Of a stretch of 53,302 bases of DNA, positions 48,502-53,302 are shown one piece after another; the stretch's first letter is position 1; each line of letters opens with the position of its first letter. The translations under genes were made by a program, and so were the position numbers. Source of the stretch: Candidatus Iainarchaeum sp. (lineage in GTDB: Archaea; Iainarchaeota; Iainarchaeia; Iainarchaeales; Iainarchaeaceae). Where the stretch lies: positions 1 through 53,302 of the forward strand of contig JACQPB010000005.1 in assembly GCA_016202305.1 (NCBI GenBank), written 5' to 3'. The notes beneath the pieces were generated by a model, which ran no database searches, was not told the DNA's origin, and saw only the letters and a program-made list of their open reading frames with translations.

Positions 48502-49923
48502 TCACAGACCCTGCACGACGTTCTCAATCCTGTTGAACCATTCGCGGCCGTCCTTTGCAATCATTTCGTCGGCCTCTTTCGGCCCCATGCTGCCTTTGGC
48601 ATAAGGATGGAGGACCGGCCTCTTCTTGGTGACCTTGTCAATGGTTTTCCATGATAGCTCTACCTCATCGGAGCGGACGAACGCGCTCTGGTCGCCCTGC
48701 AGTGCCTCGAAGAGCAGTGTTTCGTATGCCTGCGGTGTGTTGGGGCCAAAAGCGCACTCGTGGCAGAAGGTCATTTTCACGGGCATCACCTTCAGTTTCT
48801 CCCCGGGCACTTTTCCGTTCAGCTGGACAAGCATGCCGTCGTCCGGCTGGATTTGTATGACCAGGTAATTCGGGTTGAGCCGCTGGTTGTGGAACACGGT
48901 ATAGTTTGGTTCCTTGAATTGGATGTATATTGACGCGAATTTCCTGCCGAGGTTCTTTCCGGAGCGAAGGTAGAACGGAACGCCCTTCCAGCGCTTGTTC
49001 CCTATGGTCGCCTTGAGTGCGAAAAAAGTCTCGGTTTTGGAGCCGCTCCCGACACCCGGTTCGGATGAATACCCCTCATACTGCCCGAGCACCGCATCAC
49101 GTGCACTGAGCTTCACTTTCCTGAGCACTTTCACTTTCTCGTTCCTGATGCATTTCTCGTCAAAGCGCGCGGGAATCTCCATTGCAATAAGGCAAAGCAG
49201 TTGGAGAAGGTGGTTCTGGCCAACGTCACGCAGTGCGCCCTGATTGTCATAAAAGTTGCCCCTGTTGCCGATGCCGAAATCCTCTATCAGGTTTATCTGC
49301 ACGTGGTCAATGTTCTCGCTGTTCCATATTGGGGAAAATATCCTGTTTCCGGCGCGGAGTATCCCTATGCTCTGCACCAGCTCCTTGCCGAGGTAATGGT
49401 CTATCCTGTAAATCTGCTTTTCATCGAACACCTTGCGTATTTCCCTGTTGAGTTCGCGGGCGGTCTTTTCGTCGCTGCCGAAGGGCTTTTCGAATACGAG
49501 GCGGCACCATCCTTTTGTTTCTGTAAGGCCGTGCTTCCGGAGGCTGTAAGCGATGCTCTTGAAATGCGACGGGAGCGTGGCGAGGTAGAACAGCCTGTTT
49601 TCGCCTGCATTATGGGCTTTTTCGGTGGTTGACAGGTATTGCTGGAGACTTTTGAAGCCGTTTTCGGGCCTGCCGAAGTCCACTGCATGGTAATAGAGCC
49701 TCTCCTCGAGCCTTTTCCAGGAATCTTCATGCAGCTTCGGGATATTTGATTTCACGAGCCCCGCGAATTCTTCGCGCGAGAAATCCTTCCTTCCGGTGCC
49801 GATAATGCAGAAGTCATTGCCTGTGCGGTTCATCCTTATGAGGCCGTGCAGCGCAGGGAAGAGCTTTTTCTGCGCGAGGTCCCCTGTTGCGCCGAGTATT
49901 ATGAAAGAGAAATTATTTTGCAT
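48502..49923 (-). CDS. zwf: Glucose-6-phosphate 1-dehydrogenase (bacterial type)
   Basis: GATGDLA, EKPFG, YRIDHYLGKE, RDVGQNHLLQ and WKGVPFYLRSGK motifs; ATG at 49923. Confidence 0.96.
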   Translation of the reverse strand: MQNNFSFIILGATGDLAQKKLFPALHGLIRMNRTGNDFCIIGTGRKDFSREEFAGLVKSNIPKLHEDSWKRLEERLYYHAVDFGRPENGFKSLQQYLSTTEKAHNAGENRLFYLATLPSHFKSIAYSLRKHGLTETKGWCRLVFEKPFGSDEKTARELNREIRKVFDEKQIYRIDHYLGKELVQSIGILRAGNRIFSPIWNSENIDHVQINLIEDFGIGNRGNFYDNQGALRDVGQNHLLQLLCLIAMEIPARFDEKCIRNEKVKVLRKVKLSARDAVLGQYEGYSSEPGVGSGSKTETFFALKATIGNKRWKGVPFYLRSGKNLGRKFASIYIQFKEPNYTVFHNQRLNPNYLVIQIQPDDGMLVQLNGKVPGEKLKVMPVKMTFCHECAFGPNTPQAYETLLFEALQGDQSAFVRSDEVELSWKTIDKVTKKRPVLHPYAKGSMGPKEADEMIAKDGREWFNRIENVVQGL

Positions 49924-50587
49924 TTTTCCCACCGAATACGGTAAAGACAATGCACTTTTTGGCTTTTAAGGCTATTTTTGCAGGGCAATTTGCCACCGAA
50001 ACGTTTTTGTCCATGAATTTCTCAAATGCAGGCCTCTTGGTCTCCGAGGCAAAGAGCAGGATAACCATGCCAGCATGCCAGATGGCCTTGGGAGACAGTG
50101 AAATTCTCGAAGCTGGCGGCTTCGGGGCGTCGTGCACCTCTATGTACCCTGCGCTGTTATTGCCCACGGCGGGGGAATTCGGGAAAAGCGACGCGATGTG
50201 GCCGTCCTCGCCTGCCCCCAGCATGACCAAATCCAATTTGCCGTTTGTCACTGACAAAAATCTTGCTTCATAAGCCGAAAGCCCTTTTTCCATTTCAAAA
50301 GGGAACGCATGGATGCCCCGCACCTTCGAGAAAAGCAGTTCATTCGCCTGCCTGTAATTGCTTCCCGCATCGGTGATTGGCACGAGGCGCTCGTCTGCCA
50401 TGAAGGCGTTCACTGCGGGCCACACAGCTTTCCTGCCTGCAAGCTCCTCGAGCAGCCCGGTAACAGAGCTGCCACCGGAAATGGCAAGGCAAAACTGCTT
50501 CTTTGCCGAATTAATTTCGTATGCCGCCGTTTCAGCGGCCTTCCGGCTCATTCCATCGAAATCCTTGGAATGGATTATTTTCAGCAT
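49913..50587 (-). CDS. pgl: 6-phosphogluconolactonase
   Basis: SGGSS, ADERLVP, SNY, LGAGEDGHIASLFP and PKPPASRISL motifs. Confidence 0.93.
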   Translation of the reverse strand: MLKIIHSKDFDGMSRKAAETAAYEINSAKKQFCLAISGGSSVTGLLEELAGRKAVWPAVNAFMADERLVPITDAGSNYRQANELLFSKVRGIHAFPFEMEKGLSAYEARFLSVTNGKLDLVMLGAGEDGHIASLFPNSPAVGNNSAGYIEVHDAPKPPASRISLSPKAIWHAGMVILLFASETKRPAFEKFMDKNVSVANCPAKIALKAKKCIVFTVFGGKNAK

Positions 50588-50599
50588 AAGAATCGGGCT

Positions 50600-51496
50600 T
50601 CACTTCTTCGGCTCTTCATGACCGCCGAACATGCTGCGTAGCGCGGCAACAACCTTCGTGGAGAAATCAGGCTTGCTGAACGACCTCTTTCTGGCCTTCA
50701 TGGCCTGCTCAAGCATCGGCATTTTCAGCTTGTACTCTTTTGCCGTGTCAAGCGCCCATTTGCCGGTGCCCCCGCCCCCGACAACTCCGCGATGCCTTGA
50801 AAGCTTCGGGTCAGAGGCAAGGGATTGGGAGAGCAGGTCCATGAGCCAGCCCCTTATCACAGAGCCGTTCCGGAAAACCCTTGTAACTTCGCGCAGGTCT
50901 AGCCGATACTTGCTTTTTTCGAGGAGCGCATAGCCCTCGCCATAGGCCTGGAGGAGGGAATACTCAATGCCATTGTGCACCATCTTCACGAAATGCCCGG
51001 CCCCGCTCCCGCCGAGCCATGCGTATCCGCCAGGCACCGCGAGCGCCCTGAATGCTGGCTCAACAGCATCAAATGCCTGCCTGTTTCCTCCCACCATTAT
51101 TGAAGCGCCGTTTGCCGCGCCTTCGAGGCCGCCGGAAGTGCCGGCATCGAGGAAGTGGATGCCTCTCTTTGCCAGTGATTTTGCCCTCCTAATCGAGTCC
51201 TTGTAGAAGGAATTCCCGCAATCCACGATGATGTCGCCGGCGGCAAGAAAAGGCCCGAGCCCATTAATCACTTCGTCCACGGGCTTGCCATGGGTGACCA
51301 TGAGGAATATCATTTTTGGCGCGGGAAGTCTTTCGCAGAATTCCCTGTAAGAACCAGTAGGGACAGCGCCCTTGCCTGCAAGGGCCGTCATGGAGTCAGG
51401 GCGCCTGGCATAGAGCACGACCTCAAAGCCCTGCCCAAGCAGGCGCTCTGCCATACGCGAACCCATTTTCCCAAGGCCGATGAAGCCGATTCTCAT
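50600..51496 (-). CDS. gnd: Decarboxylating 6-phosphogluconate dehydrogenase (short type)
   Basis: GLGKMG, DAGTSGG, GHFVKMVHNGIEY, GSVIRGWL and FGGH motifs. Confidence 0.95.
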   Translation of the reverse strand: MRIGFIGLGKMGSRMAERLLGQGFEVVLYARRPDSMTALAGKGAVPTGSYREFCERLPAPKMIFLMVTHGKPVDEVINGLGPFLAAGDIIVDCGNSFYKDSIRRAKSLAKRGIHFLDAGTSGGLEGAANGASIMVGGNRQAFDAVEPAFRALAVPGGYAWLGGSGAGHFVKMVHNGIEYSLLQAYGEGYALLEKSKYRLDLREVTRVFRNGSVIRGWLMDLLSQSLASDPKLSRHRGVVGGGGTGKWALDTAKEYKLKMPMLEQAMKARKRSFSKPDFSTKVVAALRSMFGGHEEPKK

Positions 51497-51497
51497 T

Positions 51498-51799
51498 TCA
51501 ATCCTCTGCCTTCAGGACCGGGATTTTACCTTTCCCTGTCCGGATTCTATTTATTTCCGCTTTTGCAAAATTCATTTTTTCAATGACGGCCTTGATTTTT
51601 GTCTCGGCCATCAAATCCTCCTCTTCGGCACCAGAAAGAATCAAAGTGTCCCGTTCATTCTCAAGCCTGTCAAGTTGTGCTTGTAGCCAGCCAATGGCTT
51701 CCGGGCAAGTTCTTTGTCACTTTCCAGCAACCTATAATATCCGACCTCATTAATGCCTCTGATTCTGACAGGAGTTTTTCTTTGGGGCCTGCTTCGCAT
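51498..51799 (-). pseudogene. Frameshifted 100-aa orphan with Arg-rich leader between tal and gnd
   Basis: ATG at 51799 (MRSRPQRKTPVRIR), 4 nt after the tal stop. A second frame runs to a TGA 1 nt before the gnd ATG. The span is 302 nt, one base short of in-frame. Confidence 0.55.
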
Positions 51800-51803
51800 C
51801 ACA

Positions 51804-52634
51804 TCACACTAATTTCCTGAACTCTTCCGGCGTATCCTCGGTGAATTTCTTCATCCCTTCAACCGTCAGCCGGTGCCGGGCCAATTCCCGGAAAACGCCG
51901 AATGGCATTGTCGCGATGTCAGCGCCGACTATTGCAGCCTCGCGCACCTGCCTTGCATTCCTCAAGGATGCGGCAAGCACTTGGGATTTGATTCCATAGC
52001 GCCTGAAGATTGAAACTATCTGGGCTACAAGGTCAATGCCGGAAACAATGCCATTGTCCTCGAGCATTTTCCCTTCATGCATGTGCCCATTGAGCGGATA
52101 ATAGTCCTCTTTTGAAAAACCGGCAAATTCATGGCTATGCTCCTTCCTCAGCATGTCGTCAATCCTTCCGGCAAAAGGGCTGACAAAGTCCGCGCCGGCC
52201 TTTGCGGCAGCAAGGGCCTGTTCCGGCGTGAAAACGAGCGTGCAATTGACTGGTATTTTTGCCTTGTGCAGTTCGTTTATTGCCCTGATTCCGTCAAAGT
52301 CCTTTCCGGGATTCTGGTCGAATGCCGGGTTCACTGGTATTTTGATGTAAACATTCTTTGCCACAGGATTGAACTTCTTGAACAGCTTCTTGCCCTGCTC
52401 CACCATGGCCTTTGCAGTGCCGATGTCGGTCACTTCAAGGCTCACGGGCGTGCCTTTCGCGGTCTTGAGGGCCTTTTTGATGTACTTCTCCAAGTCAATC
52501 CTCTCGCCATCCGCCTTGAGGCCGTCAACGGCCTTCTTGACAAGCGAAGGGTTCATCGTTATGCCGTCGCAGATGCCCGTCGAATAGGCCTGCTCTATCT
52601 CTGAAAGGAGCGCGGAGTCGAGGAAGAACTTCAT
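51804..52634 (-). CDS. tal: Transaldolase family protein
   Basis: FFLDSA, GITMNPSL, Schiff-base YIKIP, NCTLVF, VSPFAGRIDD and AASLRN motifs. Confidence 0.92.
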   Translation of the reverse strand: MKFFLDSALLSEIEQAYSTGICDGITMNPSLVKKAVDGLKADGERIDLEKYIKKALKTAKGTPVSLEVTDIGTAKAMVEQGKKLFKKFNPVAKNVYIKIPVNPAFDQNPGKDFDGIRAINELHKAKIPVNCTLVFTPEQALAAAKAGADFVSPFAGRIDDMLRKEHSHEFAGFSKEDYYPLNGHMHEGKMLEDNGIVSGIDLVAQIVSIFRRYGIKSQVLAASLRNARQVREAAIVGADIATMPFGVFRELARHRLTVEGMKKFTEDTPEEFRKLV

Positions 52635-52730
52635 CAAACCACAGGATAGTTGGGTTGGAACGGATTAAAAATGGGATTATAGCAGTCCAACAAAATAATT
52701 TGGCGATTTTTCATGGCCTGCTATCTATCA

Positions 52731-52777
52731 CCTTGTCCCCCGCGGGGGACGAGGCCTCGTCCCTATAAGGGACAAGG
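52731..52777. repeat. Four-armed nested palindrome (REP-like)
   Basis: CCTTGTCCC-ccgcgg-GGGACGAGG-CCTCGTCCC-tataa-GGGACAAGG. Confidence 0.75.
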
Positions 52778-52858
52778 AACCGCTGGAAACACCGAAAAAC
52801 TTATGCAGTTTGATATAATCGCAATAACCTTTTATATTTTCCTTAATAAAAGTGGATT

Positions 52859-53227
52859 ATGCAAAAAATAGCCCATAAATTCGCAGCCGTTGCACTTTGC
52901 CTGATTATATCGGCCTCTTTTTCGAGCGCGGCTGATTACGCCGGAAGCCTGAATGTCTATGTCAAGGATTCCCAGGGAAAATCCATGGCGGGCGTGAAGG
53001 TTTATGCGGGCGATGCAAGAAACTATGCCCCAAAATTCAATGAAACGACGACAAATGAGAGAGGCAAGGCGACCTTCCGCAACCTTTCCCCCACGACCTA
53101 CATAGTCCAGGCTAAACCAGAGGGCTATCTCAGGAGTATTGGTAAGGCGTCTGTTACCACCAATGGCGCAGCCAAGGTTTATTGGAATCTCGAATACCCC
53201 GCCGTCTCTGCGGCGGGGACCGCCTGA
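52859..53227 (+). CDS. Secreted single carboxypeptidase-regulatory-like domain protein
   Basis: Signal peptide followed by VYVKDSQGKSMAGVKV, TTNERG and YIVQAKPEGY. Confidence 0.7.
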   Translation: MQKIAHKFAAVALCLIISASFSSAADYAGSLNVYVKDSQGKSMAGVKVYAGDARNYAPKFNETTTNERGKATFRNLSPTTYIVQAKPEGYLRSIGKASVTTNGAAKVYWNLEYPAVSAAGTA

Positions 53228-53302
53228 ATGAAATGTTCTTGTGCTTTTTGCTGGAATAAGTTTGCATGGTGGAAGCGGCAAATCATTGTGTATATGATGT
53301 AA

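Noticed and set aside
1-53302. CRISPR array, rRNA, transposase, prophage structural genes
   Set aside because: No regularly spaced repeats or diagnostic motifs were seen on manual reading.

Overview
Archaeal chromosomal segment, most likely from a DPANN lineage; Ca. Diapherotrites/Iainarchaeota is my inference. Archaeal markers are dph5, DUF357, DUF63, Trm5, ScpA and a tRNA-Arg(CCG) with a BHB intron. The GC-rich backbone carries: the porGDAB 2-oxoacid:ferredoxin oxidoreductase operon; adk, a PfkB kinase and ahcY; scpA; msrB; a six-gene glyco-enzyme cluster (six-hairpin glycosidase, two GT4s, PIG-L deacetylase, PfkB-NagB fusion, GH130); a 10 kb four-gene operon of large Cys-rich surface proteins; aquaporin; DUF475/TerC; a bacterial/eukaryote-type tgt; pepA; and a bacterial-type oxidative pentose phosphate operon (tal-gnd-pgl-zwf). 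The most striking pattern is about ten short orphan genes, most of them visibly lower in GC than the backbone, slotted singly between or inside conserved operons. Most have Arg/Lys-rich N- or C-termini, and some have GNAT or methyltransferase folds, so they may form an effector-like class. Also seen: a 2 kb insertion at the scpA 3' end with diverged duplicated gene ends, an AT-rich P-loop ATPase cut by the window edge, a collapsed toxin-antitoxin remnant and a REP-like four-armed palindrome. No CRISPR array, rRNA, integrase or transposase was found. All product calls come from motif recognition only; no database search was run.
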